Virus record (IMG/VR): IMGVR_UViG_3300002026_000041
Coordinates: 1-55,505 of that record
Length of the DNA stretch: 55,505 nucleotides
Direction: 5' to 3' (one strand)
Source: a virus
Lineage: Duplodnaviria > Caudoviricetes
The notes beneath the pieces are model-generated. The model saw only the letters and a list, made by a program, of their open reading frames with translations, was not told the origin of the DNA and did not search any database. Each line of letters starts with the position of its first letter. Position 1 is the first letter of the stretch. This document shows positions 20,120 through 29,847 of the stretch, piece after piece. Made by a program: the position numbers and the translations under genes.

Positions 20120-21130
20120 CTACTCTTCACTCGATTCCAATACAATCTTCACGTCGGTATCTAACGGATTAACCCCTAGACGATCGGTGATGTAATCTGC
20201 CGCAGATTTTTTGTAATCATCAATCGATTTCTTTTCATCCGCATCCGACCTTCCTTTCATAAATCCATGTGCTGTAACCAAAATTCTTCCATCCTCATAT
20301 CCCAAACCATTTACGTGGTTTTTCATCACACTAACTTTAGTTCTAGTAGCAATTTTAACTTTCCTACCATCTTTCGTGATTGATATCTTAGTAATCCCGG
20401 AATTTTTCTGATTTCCAAATAAGAAAACTAAGGTTGAATTTAACCATACAGCTTCTCCACCCTTTGCTTTAATCTTTGGTTGACCAAAAGGATTATCTGG
20501 CAATTCCACCCATGGTTGGTTAGCGATAATCATTGTGTTGGTGAATTTCTTATCCATTCTTCGTGAACCACTGATTCTCTGATTCAATCCCATACCAATT
20601 TTATCTGCTAATGTCGATGCATTATGTTGTTTTCCACCCTTTCCTTCAAACGTCATTTTACAAGGTACAGACCCAACTGAATCCCATAGGAAACATAGGT
20701 CATAATCTAACTCCCCTTTATCCTGAGCATCGAGTAATGTGTTTACATAGTCGGTAATCTGCTCAATGTAATCGAATTTATTGTTGAAAAGAAAAAAACC
20801 ATCCCAATCTGAGCCACCTTGAGCGTCGGTCACTTTATCACAGTCCAAACCCATTAGTTTTGCGTGATCAAATGTCCATTTTTGTTCCGTAATTAAGAAG
20901 ACGGGTAAAATACCTTTCTTCTGAGCATCAATTGCTGTGTTAATTAATGCAGTTGTTTTTCCTGTATCTGAATGTCCAAGGAGCATGTTTAAATGTCCCA
21001 TAGCGGGGCCAGGTATTCCACACGCATCTAAAAACGCATCACCTAAATCGAAAAATCTATCAGATTTAAACGATGCTTCCTGTGAAAATTTTGATTTAAT
21101 TGCCGAAAAATCTTTTTTCTTAATCGCCAT
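20120..21130 (-). CDS. uvsX: RecA/UvsX-like recombinase
   Basis: Walker A GHSDTGKTT, FLWDSVG, IIANQ, KAKGGEA, KVSVMKNHV motifs. Confidence 0.85.
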   Translation of the reverse strand: MAIKKKDFSAIKSKFSQEASFKSDRFFDLGDAFLDACGIPGPAMGHLNMLLGHSDTGKTTALINTAIDAQKKGILPVFLITEQKWTFDHAKLMGLDCDKVTDAQGGSDWDGFFLFNNKFDYIEQITDYVNTLLDAQDKGELDYDLCFLWDSVGSVPCKMTFEGKGGKQHNASTLADKIGMGLNQRISGSRRMDKKFTNTMIIANQPWVELPDNPFGQPKIKAKGGEAVWLNSTLVFLFGNQKNSGITKISITKDGRKVKIATRTKVSVMKNHVNGLGYEDGRILVTAHGFMKGRSDADEKKSIDDYKKSAADYITDRLGVNPLDTDVKIVLESSEE

Positions 21131-21133
21131 ATG

Positions 21134-21677
21134 TTATTTATTTGTTAATCTCATTATTTTTAAAATGTAATTATGATGTTTTTCTTTACTATCTAATAAT
21201 TCCCCATCTTTTGTTTTATACATCATCAATTCCGTATCGTAAATAATGTATCTATGAACAAAATTATGATCTTTAATTGATAATTGAATTACATCTAACC
21301 AATCTTCCTGATTATATGACCAATGATGTAAATGAAATCCATGAATTTTAGTTAAATAAATTTCAGTATATTTCGCCGCCATATATTTTTCGGGGAATTT
21401 TCGACGATATGTATTAGTTATCTTCCTCCTATTCTCCGTTGACGGTTTATTCTTATCTTTATAATTTAACCGATAATATTTCTCTCTCCCTCTTTCTCTC
21501 TCCCTCTCGACCCATTCGGGGTCTTCTCGTAACTCTTTCTCTCTTTCGTACATCTTTTATCGTGCATTTTTTACACTTATTTAAGTAACCATCTAATAAT
21601 TGTGAATGTGGATAAAATTTATCAATTGGTAAAATTTCTTTACATTTAAAACATTTTTTTTCAATAATTCCTTCCAT
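21134..21677 (-). pseudogene. free-standing HNH-type homing endonuclease, split by a frameshift
   Basis: 5' ORF 21459..21677 has CFKC...CKKC zinc finger; 3' ORF 21134..21553 has HLHHWSY...DVIQL...HNFVH; one extra GA unit in the tract at 21538-21544 would fuse them ([16 protein letters not shown]). Confidence 0.7.
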
Positions 21678-21716
21678 AACCTTTCTAGTATTTACTAGAA
21701 ATATCTAGAAAGGTTA
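21677..21716 (-). promoter_or_regulatory. RNA hairpin sequestering the endonuclease start region, with embedded late-promoter-like TATTTCTA
   Basis: perfect 12-bp arms TAACCTTTCTAG (21677-21688) / CTAGAAAGGTTA (21705-21716) including the A of ATG. Confidence 0.6.
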
Positions 21717-21735
21717 GAAAGGTAGTTTTTCCGTT

Positions 21736-22617
21736 TCAAAAAGGAAGATCTTCATCTGGCTCTTCGTCGTCCTGTGGATCAGGAGCCAACGCTGGCGAGG
21801 TTGTTCTTGCACTTGTTGCGGATTTTGGTTCTGTGGTTGACCCACCGCCACCAATAGTTTCATCTTCAGTTGACATTGAAACCCATTTCTTGTTTTCACT
21901 GTCCCACTTAGGTGTTTCACCATTTGCAACCATTTCAAGATATTCTTCGGTTTTCTTTGCATAAACATCAGACCAAACCAAAGGATCTTCCAACCAAGAT
22001 GTTGCGGTTTCTTTGTTCGCATGCAACACGGATGGATCTTCCTGAATAATTGAATTAATGGTGGTGTAATCTTTACCGTTATTGGATTTTGCCAATGTTA
22101 GGTTAAGGATAAGGTCACGTCCTTTTTCAGGATCAGTAATGTCACCCTTACTACGGAAAATCGGGAAAATTTTATCAAGAATTCCTTCCTGTTTTGAATT
22201 ATGTTTGAACCTCCAAAATTTTGGTCCATCAGCTTCGTGTTCCCGATCGATTACCTTTACAATGTAAAATTTACGAGCTCTGTAAGACCTCGCTAAAAGG
22301 CTATCTTCTTCACGACCTGTTGCTTCAAGGCTTTCCTTCACTTCGTTAAGAGGTGAACGCTTTCCTTCTTGTTTAGGATCCCATAGTTTAACCCATTTAC
22401 CATCCACCTGAACTTCGTGGAAATAAACCTCAACAAATGGACTTCCACCGTCTGTTGATGGTAGGATTCTGATTCTCTTTTCACCGCTAGTTTTACCCTG
22501 TGGTAAAATAGTTGTGAAATACTTTTTCATTCTTTCGTCTTGATTCGCGAATTTGTTGCCGCTTGCGGCGTTTTTGTTTTTTTCATACTGTGCTTGCACA
22601 GCTTCAAATGTTCCCAT
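21736..22617 (-). CDS. single-stranded DNA-binding protein (T4 gp32-like)
   Basis: likely start ATG 22617 (MGTFEAV); IRILP...PFVEVYFH, DITDPEKGRDL, acidic tail ending DDEEPDEDLPF. Confidence 0.88.
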   Translation of the reverse strand: MGTFEAVQAQYEKNKNAASGNKFANQDERMKKYFTTILPQGKTSGEKRIRILPSTDGGSPFVEVYFHEVQVDGKWVKLWDPKQEGKRSPLNEVKESLEATGREEDSLLARSYRARKFYIVKVIDREHEADGPKFWRFKHNSKQEGILDKIFPIFRSKGDITDPEKGRDLILNLTLAKSNNGKDYTTINSIIQEDPSVLHANKETATSWLEDPLVWSDVYAKKTEEYLEMVANGETPKWDSENKKWVSMSTEDETIGGGGSTTEPKSATSARTTSPALAPDPQDDEEPDEDLPF

Positions 22618-22658
22618 AGTTAAAAAATTTAATTGTTTATAAAACTTATTTATTGTGT

Positions 22659-22671
22659 GATAAAATATAAA
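22659..22671 (-). promoter_or_regulatory. putative early/middle promoter element TTTATATTTTATC upstream of the ssb operon
   Basis: identical 13-mer upstream of DNA polymerase (48405-48417); TTTG lies 19 nt upstream of its TATATTTT core. Confidence 0.5.
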
Positions 22672-22701
22672 TAAAAAAAGCGTGATAACAAAATCACGCT
22701 T
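22672..22701 (-). terminator. intrinsic terminator after 22804..23472
   Basis: AAGCGTGAT-N6-ATCACGCTT followed by T-run on minus strand. Confidence 0.65.
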
Positions 22702-22803
22702 CAATTATTCCTAAAATATATGTAAAAAATATGTTTTTCATTTTAATAATTGGGCCCTGCCCTATTTAATTTGGTGCCGTATACGGCTAATTTTGTTCAG
22801 TTA

Positions 22804-23472
22804 CTAATAATTACTCGCGGAAGGATTGAATGATTTCATCATATCATACTTCCCATAATTTTCAACGTCTCCTTTTGTAAGGACATATTCGTTTTTCCCG
22901 GATTTCCTCATTTCTTCTTGTTTTTGGTCGAAGAACTCGGTTGGTTTTTGACTAAAAGGACCTGAATCTAATGACCTCATTTCCAGTTTTTCAACAGGAG
23001 TCGGTGGTTTTACCGATTGAATTTGTGCCCCTAATTGGTCGATTTTTGCTAAAACCTGATCCATCTCACCTAATTTTGATTCTAATTCACCCAATTTTGT
23101 GAACACATCGTCCATTCTTTGAGTTTCACCCGGATCGTTTTTAGGCTGATCAATATTTTTTTTAACATCTTTGATCATATTAACCAAATCTGTAATGTCT
23201 ACCTCCTCGGTAGAGTCATCATCTGCCATTGGATCGGCTTCTAATGATGCTTCGTCCCCTTCTGGAGCTAAAGGTTCCTCTCCTTCTGGTGGAAGTCCAA
23301 CTTCCCCTTCTGGTGCTAAAGGTTCCTCACCTTCTGGCGGGACAGCTCCTGCTGTTGCAGGATCGGCAGCTGGCGGAGCCGCAGGCATCGGAGTTTCTTG
23401 TTCAAATAGATATTGATTAATCTCTAAAAATCTAGAAAGTCCAAGATCTGTTTTTGTGTTTGTTTTTCCCAT
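22804..23472 (-). CDS. acidic Pro-rich protein with coiled coil (possible head scaffold/core protein)
   Basis: 222 aa; PPEGEEPLAPEG duplicated; EEVDITDLV; heptad region; late-motif operon. Confidence 0.6.
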   Translation of the reverse strand: MGKTNTKTDLGLSRFLEINQYLFEQETPMPAAPPAADPATAGAVPPEGEEPLAPEGEVGLPPEGEEPLAPEGDEASLEADPMADDDSTEEVDITDLVNMIKDVKKNIDQPKNDPGETQRMDDVFTKLGELESKLGEMDQVLAKIDQLGAQIQSVKPPTPVEKLEMRSLDSGPFSQKPTEFFDQKQEEMRKSGKNEYVLTKGDVENYGKYDMMKSFNPSASNY

Positions 23473-23474
23473 AA

Positions 23475-23675
23475 TTAATCTTGTAATAGTTGTCTACCGT
23501 CTTCGATAATGTATTTTTTATTGATGCGTTCTACTAACCCATCTTTAGTTCTAATAACAAAACATTCGCCAGTATCTCTGTCACATACTGTTTGTCCATT
23601 TCCTTGTTCTAATTCATCCGACTCAAGAGTTGATGATCCTAAAAAGGTGTCGATTGCTTTAATTCTACTTTCCAT
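23475..23675 (-). CDS. small hypothetical protein (CxxxxGxC)
   Basis: 66 aa; TATTTATA 19 nt upstream; 2 nt from next gene. Confidence 0.65.
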   Translation of the reverse strand: MESRIKAIDTFLGSSTLESDELEQGNGQTVCDRDTGECFVIRTKDGLVERINKKYIIEDGRQLLQD

Positions 23676-23694
23676 AAAAAAATCTTTTATTAAC

Positions 23695-23702
23695 TATAAA
23701 TA
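23695..23702 (-). promoter_or_regulatory. putative late promoter TATTTATA
   Basis: 19 nt upstream of ATG 23675. Confidence 0.55.
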
Positions 23703-23720
23703 TAACGAAATTTATTAATT

Positions 23721-26700
23721 TCACTTTGTCATCCTGAAATACACGACATCCCCATCTTTTAAATTCAATCTTTTCATTAAATCCGCTGATAATCCAACAC
23801 CATACTCCGATTTAGATGGACCCACATTAACAGGACCTTCATAAATTTTGGTGTCAAAATATATTCTATTTTCTATGGTAACAATATCATTCTCATATTT
23901 GGTGTTATAGAGAAGTGGATTTATAAATTCAGTTCTTTTGTATGTGTGTACTATTTGATCAGGCGTTGCAATAGACATTAACGGTGGAGAACCGAAAACA
24001 AATTTACATGAATAAAATGGTTGAGTTACTGATAGTTTTTCCAAATCTGACCAATATGTTTTCAAAAATGGTGATGAAAAATTATGACCATAGGTAAGAC
24101 TTGATACTATATTCATCACAGTATTTTGATCAACTTTATAATTAGGTCCTCCCATTAGAACAGCTTTAGCTCTTAACCATTCATTTCCCCCATATGGTGA
24201 TTTGGGTGAATGTTCGTATGTTACCAATTGGATGGTTTTATCCTCAGTTATTCCATTATATGGAATTCCATATTCTGTATAACCCGCCTTTTTCTGAATA
24301 GTTTCACCCTTAATTATTGTATTACCAGGATCGGTGGTGTAAGCATTTCCACGTCCATCTATTAATGTTGTAGCCGTCCCAGTGTTACCAGATAACTGTT
24401 TTGTCTCATTGGCAATTTTCGTTCTAGCTTGTGCTATAATTCTATCAAACAACGGGCGATAACTAGCCAAGAATGAATCAGTTGGATTTGGTAACGACTC
24501 TTTTGGTATTCTTGTACCTTTAAAGGATGTTTCAATACCATTGGTTGTAATACTATGTTTAACTTCAGTAATCAAATACGAACCCCGGAATAATGGGATG
24601 TTCTTCACATAGAAATACATTGTAGGTTGAATCATCATATTACCCATACAAGTAACCTTACATTGATATGATGATTGTCGATATATATTAAATAACCCTA
24701 TATCAATTTGGGACGTACTTGACCCAGTTTCATTACGACCGAGTCTTTCTAACACTTCAAATGATTCTGAGGTGTTTCTTAATGTAGCTTGATCCAATTC
24801 AACACCTTTGAAAATGGATTGATTTTGGTCACCAAAACTCACCTCGAATGCCACCACTTTATTTTCTTTGGTGAAATCTGTTTTATAGAAAACATCGGGG
24901 CCTACAATAATTGGGTTGTTATTTACGTCACTTATATCAAATCCATCATTTTTGAATTTCTGTTTTTTATCAATGTCAGACAATTCAAGATGTTTTGATG
25001 TTGGACCTGTATATTGTAATATTATTTTTGGGCCTGAATCTTGATGATCGACTTCCAAAAACGCTCCAAACATAGTTTGAGCAACACTTTTTGAAGGCAT
25101 TGTCTTTGAGGTCTTTGTAAAATCAGATCCATAGAAATTAACATATGCGGGTAGAGCTCTGATATCGATACCTGAATCATGAACTAATAAACCGAGTACA
25201 CTAAATAAATTAATTTTCTTATTTCCATCCTCACCTAATCGAACTATTTTTTGCATATCAAGGAAAAGGTCATTTCCGATATCCCTATTGGCTTTATCTA
25301 AGAACAAAAATTCCTCTAATAATGTTCGTTGACCTATTGAATTACCAGCTGTCCACTTATCATTAAATGATTTAAAGTAATTGTATAATTCTAATTTAAT
25401 CGGATCGTCGTTATATCCTCTTTGACTTGTTGCGGTGTTGGCCGTAGTAGGTACTTCTAATTTAGGTATCTTCTGAACAATTAAATGTTCCAAATATGTA
25501 AATAACCTCTTATCTTGACCAGCAACCCCCGTAATCACATTCTTATTAGTAGTATTCCCATCTCTATCTATGTAAGTTGGATCAATGAGATTATCTATAA
25601 GATATTTAACAAAATCTGGCTTATTAAACGAAATATTTTCAGCCCTTAATCCGGCATATATGTAAATGATTTGTCTAAATTGTTTAATATTCTCCTCTGT
25701 CGGTTGAATATCCATCATTTGGAAAAAATCATCATAATATGTGTTTCCGTCAAGATTATCTCCAAGATATAATCTATATCCACTAGCATTACTTGATGAG
25801 AATGTATCGGTTGAAAAATGAGCCACGTTGATTCCAGTGAACCCACCTAACACATAGTTATCAATTTCCCTTGGGTTTGATATTATTATTTTCACCAAAT
25901 TATTAACAGAAAGTAACGTATTGGTTATTGTTACAAGATTATTTGTTTGTCTTGATTTAACTTCTTTCATCAACTTAAAGGAATCAAAAGTCGAATCTGA
26001 TGTTGATTTTGTTACAGAAACAATATCTTTTAACAAATCTTGAAATTTAGGATAAGGAACGTTATATGGTATATACGTTATTTCTTCTTTAACTTTTTCG
26101 TTTGTAAAATCTAAGAAAGCTTGCTCAAAAGATTCTAATATTTCAGGTTTAAATGTTGCAATTAAGTCAACGACCTTTCTATAATTTTCCGATATTGAGA
26201 AATTACCTGAAGTTTTATCCTTATAAAAATAATCAGTGGGAAATGTAGGGAAAGATGGGTAGTTAATTTCTTCTGTGTCATTTACACCAATACTCCAAAG
26301 AATCCGGAAGTTTTCCTGTTTTGATTTATTTATATCAATTCCATTTATATCAGTTCCATAAGTTACATTGCCACCATTTGTTGGCAGTAATGTGTATCCC
26401 GAATAACCAAATTTTGTGTTATCAACAAAACTTGAATAAACATTTGCACCCGTTGTTATTCCTTGATAAAGATACAAATTTTTATTTATAATTGATTCTT
26501 CATATTTACCATCTTCAGATGGATTAAAAAACAAATAACCGTTTGTGATTTGTGAAAATATAGTTTCATAATATGGATGAAATCCAATACTGTCACTTTG
26601 AGGAATATCGTTGTATGACGTTCCCGTATATGTTGCCCCACTGTAAAACAGATCATCGTTAATTACATCTGTTGCTCCAGAAATGATATCATATGGATTA

Positions 26701-29531
26701 TCGACATCACTTACCCATCTTTTATATCTATGATAAATTGAACCCCATTTTAACATCATATGATACGGAATAGTATGTGCGGCTCCAATTTCCCTAAAAA
26801 GTGTGGACATTAATGTTGGTTCGGATGTAGTTTGCCCGTTGCTTGTTTTACTCGTATAATAAATTGTATCATCCAGATCCTTAAATGGTAATGAGTTTAA
26901 TAACAAATAAGCTGAACCAACATATTTTTGGCGAGTTTTAGGGGTATCCCACTCACTATACAATTGTTTATGAAAATATGGTGTGTTTAAAATATGTTTA
27001 GGTGTCCCATTAAAATCAACAGTATATGAAAACATATTATCACTATACCCATCTTTAACCCACATCGTTCCATCAACAGGTGAAACAATAAAATCGTTTG
27101 GTGTATCAATCTTTAATAATCCATTTAGATTTAAAAGTTTGGGTGAGAAATCCTCCCCAAGATAACCCTCATATGTTAATGAATTAAAAGGATATATTTT
27201 AGTACGATACTCTTCTGGCTGATAGTTTAACAAGAAATTTGAAAGATTTTCATAACTTGAGTCGTAACTATTTGTTTTTTCCGTCTTAACATATTTTCGT
27301 ATGGTATAATCCTGAGAAATACCCTCTTTAAGATACCAAGTTGTTGGTAATTGATCTTCATAATATGGAAATCTATCAAATGTTGATAATGCTTGCATAT
27401 ATGAAAGTAGGTCGTTTGGGGTTTTGATGTTCTGTTGTAACAAATCAATCAAATCAACATCCTCAGCGAGTTGCATCTTCATATTTTCGAATTCCACTTC
27501 AGCTAATTCCCGTATTGATTTTTCATCAAATGGGTTCAACGACGTTGCATACTTCGCTCTCTCATACATTTCATATAAAACGGATGGAAATGATTTATCG
27601 GCATATGGAATAACCCCGATAACGTTGGTCAAAACACTTAAATCGATTTTTTCTGTCGACCCTTGAGTTGAAAATACGAATTCGACTGCGTTATCTCCTA
27701 CAAGTGATAACGGATCTAATTTTTTTGTTGCAATATTATAAAAATTTTCTACGAATTCCACTTCTGGCCATAAATCTTTATTATTGCTTTGTAATTTACC
27801 GAGTAATTCCCGGGATCCGGGATACATTAAAGTACGTTGTTTACCCCCAGCTCCTTGTGTTATTATCTCTGGCCATGGGTATATACATTCACTAGCTTTA
27901 TCGCTATCAGTCTCAATACCCGAAAGAATTTTTTTCCTTACATTTGCGTTCTCAAACGCTTTAACGTGAACATCTTTCATTAATCGAATGTAAGTATCTG
28001 CATTAGCTAAAACAACACCAATGAGATTTCTAATTGTTGGTTCAAACCCAATTCCTTTTGTTTTATCCTTAACAATTTCATTCATCCGTTTTTCTATATC
28101 GGACTCCAATTTGTTTCGTTGTTCTATGAAATTTCTATATACAGTATATAAAGCATCTTGAAGACCGTCCATGTCGATGCCGATTGTAGTTGCGGAATCG
28201 TTATAAAACTCTTTAATATCTTTTAAAGGTGTAAGTGAAACGGGTGTAATTGTAAGATCGTCAGCCTTTATTAGTTTTTTGTCTCGTTTATTACCAAATG
28301 TTGAATTTTCCTCTAATTTGGTGATATGAATATTAAGTATTCTCTCCAAAGTCCCTTCATTTCGTGGATTTGTAACATTATCTAGAGTATTCTTCTTATC
28401 CCCGGTCATTTTAAACCAACGAATTTTTTCACCATTCTCACGAACCCTTGTGTCCTGTAAGAAATAGTCGGGAGAAACGTATTTAGTTTTCCAAGCAAGA
28501 ATACCACCCTCAAGATTGTTCATCAAATCTTCATATTCTTTTACGCCAGCTAAAATTTTTGGATCAACAACCGATTCAAAAATTTCTTTTTCTAATGTTT
28601 GATTTAATTTACCGGCAATGATAATGAGTTCCCTAAGTGTTCTAACAGGAAACCCCGATGGTAATAATCCTTTACTTATATATTCCTGGTAAACTGATTT
28701 AAGTATTCTATACCCTTTAGTAGATTTGCTTACGGAAATCTGGGTTGTACCCTTTCCCTCGTTAGTAGTTGAGTTCTCAGAATTTTCAGAAATATAAAAA
28801 TATGGGGCATTTAAAATCGCTTCCAACGAAATATCGGCTAGATACGCATATGTTGACCCAACAAATTGAGTTTCAACCTCCATATTACCATTTTGTGAGT
28901 TAAATCTTGTATTAAATTTAACTAAATGAAGTCTATATTTTATTGCTTTACCGTAAAACCCTTTTATTGTTAAATAAAAAATTGGCCATGGTAAATGAAA
29001 AAATGCTGCGTAGGGAGAATTTTCAGGGGATTCAAATAATGTTTTTCCTCTAACATCTACGAAATTAATTACAACTTTTGGAATAAAGTTGGCACCAGCA
29101 ACATCAATTGATATGTTGGTAATACCAAAACTCTGTCCAGTGCCGTCACTCGACCCACCTCTTGGTGTTGAACCAGCGGGTAACGTGGCAAATGTACCTG
29201 TACTTTCAAAATTAAACGCTGAACCTTGAATGTCTGAATATGCTTCAGTCCATTTGGTGTCATAATCCCTTCCTTTATCGTTTCGTAAAAAATTAAGAGT
29301 TCCACCCGCAATTGATGTCAAGACATTTTGACTTCCTTCGCCAATTAATGTTGTACGAGGAATAAGATCGGCCTCAAGATTAACATACATTACAAGATTT
29401 TCAGGTTCTACTGATCTTGGTTGTACGTGGCCATCACTATTTATTTCAGAATTAGGGTCAATATATATTAAATTGTTTTGGTCGACCTTAATTAGAATAT
29501 CATTCGTCTTGTTTATGTTATTATTCCCCAT
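23721..29531 (-). CDS. very large baseplate hub protein (gp27/Mu gp44/VgrG-like segments)
   Basis: 1936 aa; CKVTCMGNMMIQP...GSYLITEVKHSITTNGIETSFKGTR resembles the C-terminal hub motif; synteny after tape measure, tube initiator and gp53-like gene. Confidence 0.6.
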   Translation of the reverse strand: MGNNNINKTNDILIKVDQNNLIYIDPNSEINSDGHVQPRSVEPENLVMYVNLEADLIPRTTLIGEGSQNVLTSIAGGTLNFLRNDKGRDYDTKWTEAYSDIQGSAFNFESTGTFATLPAGSTPRGGSSDGTGQSFGITNISIDVAGANFIPKVVINFVDVRGKTLFESPENSPYAAFFHLPWPIFYLTIKGFYGKAIKYRLHLVKFNTRFNSQNGNMEVETQFVGSTYAYLADISLEAILNAPYFYISENSENSTTNEGKGTTQISVSKSTKGYRILKSVYQEYISKGLLPSGFPVRTLRELIIIAGKLNQTLEKEIFESVVDPKILAGVKEYEDLMNNLEGGILAWKTKYVSPDYFLQDTRVRENGEKIRWFKMTGDKKNTLDNVTNPRNEGTLERILNIHITKLEENSTFGNKRDKKLIKADDLTITPVSLTPLKDIKEFYNDSATTIGIDMDGLQDALYTVYRNFIEQRNKLESDIEKRMNEIVKDKTKGIGFEPTIRNLIGVVLANADTYIRLMKDVHVKAFENANVRKKILSGIETDSDKASECIYPWPEIITQGAGGKQRTLMYPGSRELLGKLQSNNKDLWPEVEFVENFYNIATKKLDPLSLVGDNAVEFVFSTQGSTEKIDLSVLTNVIGVIPYADKSFPSVLYEMYERAKYATSLNPFDEKSIRELAEVEFENMKMQLAEDVDLIDLLQQNIKTPNDLLSYMQALSTFDRFPYYEDQLPTTWYLKEGISQDYTIRKYVKTEKTNSYDSSYENLSNFLLNYQPEEYRTKIYPFNSLTYEGYLGEDFSPKLLNLNGLLKIDTPNDFIVSPVDGTMWVKDGYSDNMFSYTVDFNGTPKHILNTPYFHKQLYSEWDTPKTRQKYVGSAYLLLNSLPFKDLDDTIYYTSKTSNGQTTSEPTLMSTLFREIGAAHTIPYHMMLKWGSIYHRYKRWVSDVDNPYDIISGATDVINDDLFYSGATYTGTSYNDIPQSDSIGFHPYYETIFSQITNGYLFFNPSEDGKYEESIINKNLYLYQGITTGANVYSSFVDNTKFGYSGYTLLPTNGGNVTYGTDINGIDINKSKQENFRILWSIGVNDTEEINYPSFPTFPTDYFYKDKTSGNFSISENYRKVVDLIATFKPEILESFEQAFLDFTNEKVKEEITYIPYNVPYPKFQDLLKDIVSVTKSTSDSTFDSFKLMKEVKSRQTNNLVTITNTLLSVNNLVKIIISNPREIDNYVLGGFTGINVAHFSTDTFSSSNASGYRLYLGDNLDGNTYYDDFFQMMDIQPTEENIKQFRQIIYIYAGLRAENISFNKPDFVKYLIDNLIDPTYIDRDGNTTNKNVITGVAGQDKRLFTYLEHLIVQKIPKLEVPTTANTATSQRGYNDDPIKLELYNYFKSFNDKWTAGNSIGQRTLLEEFLFLDKANRDIGNDLFLDMQKIVRLGEDGNKKINLFSVLGLLVHDSGIDIRALPAYVNFYGSDFTKTSKTMPSKSVAQTMFGAFLEVDHQDSGPKIILQYTGPTSKHLELSDIDKKQKFKNDGFDISDVNNNPIIVGPDVFYKTDFTKENKVVAFEVSFGDQNQSIFKGVELDQATLRNTSESFEVLERLGRNETGSSTSQIDIGLFNIYRQSSYQCKVTCMGNMMIQPTMYFYVKNIPLFRGSYLITEVKHSITTNGIETSFKGTRIPKESLPNPTDSFLASYRPLFDRIIAQARTKIANETKQLSGNTGTATTLIDGRGNAYTTDPGNTIIKGETIQKKAGYTEYGIPYNGITEDKTIQLVTYEHSPKSPYGGNEWLRAKAVLMGGPNYKVDQNTVMNIVSSLTYGHNFSSPFLKTYWSDLEKLSVTQPFYSCKFVFGSPPLMSIATPDQIVHTYKRTEFINPLLYNTKYENDIVTIENRIYFDTKIYEGPVNVGPSKSEYGVGLSADLMKRLNLKDGDVVYFRMTK

Positions 29532-29847
29532 ATCTCATTTTATACAAATCTACGGCTTTTTTGTAATCTTGTAAAGACGGAATTAAAGGAAACGGAACTC
29601 TAAGTAGATAGTTATCAGGAATTAAATATTCAAGACTACCAGCTAAAGGATTTGCCAATAATATTAACCAACCAAATAATGGTGTATTGTAATACTCTTG
29701 CGACATTTTATCTAACCTATCTCTATTACGTCTATATTGAATGTACTTATCTGTCGATTTGATTGACAACTCAACGCCGGGAACAATCGTAAAAGACCCG
29801 TTATCGTTTTCAAAATATTGATACCTGTTAAGATATTGATTTGCCAT
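29521..29847 (-). CDS. baseplate wedge protein, gp53 / tail X / LysM-like
   Basis: DRLDKMSQEYYNTPLFGWLILLANP...LRVP pattern. Confidence 0.8.
   Translation of the reverse strand: MANQYLNRYQYFENDNGSFTIVPGVELSIKSTDKYIQYRRNRDRLDKMSQEYYNTPLFGWLILLANPLAGSLEYLIPDNYLLRVPFPLIPSLQDYKKAVDLYKMRYGE

Noticed and set aside
21714-22022. 102-aa alternative-frame ORF over the ssb 3' end as an independent gene
   Set aside because: Almost wholly overlaps ssb on the same strand with no recognisable features; only its last 7 codons are of interest (reported as a finding)
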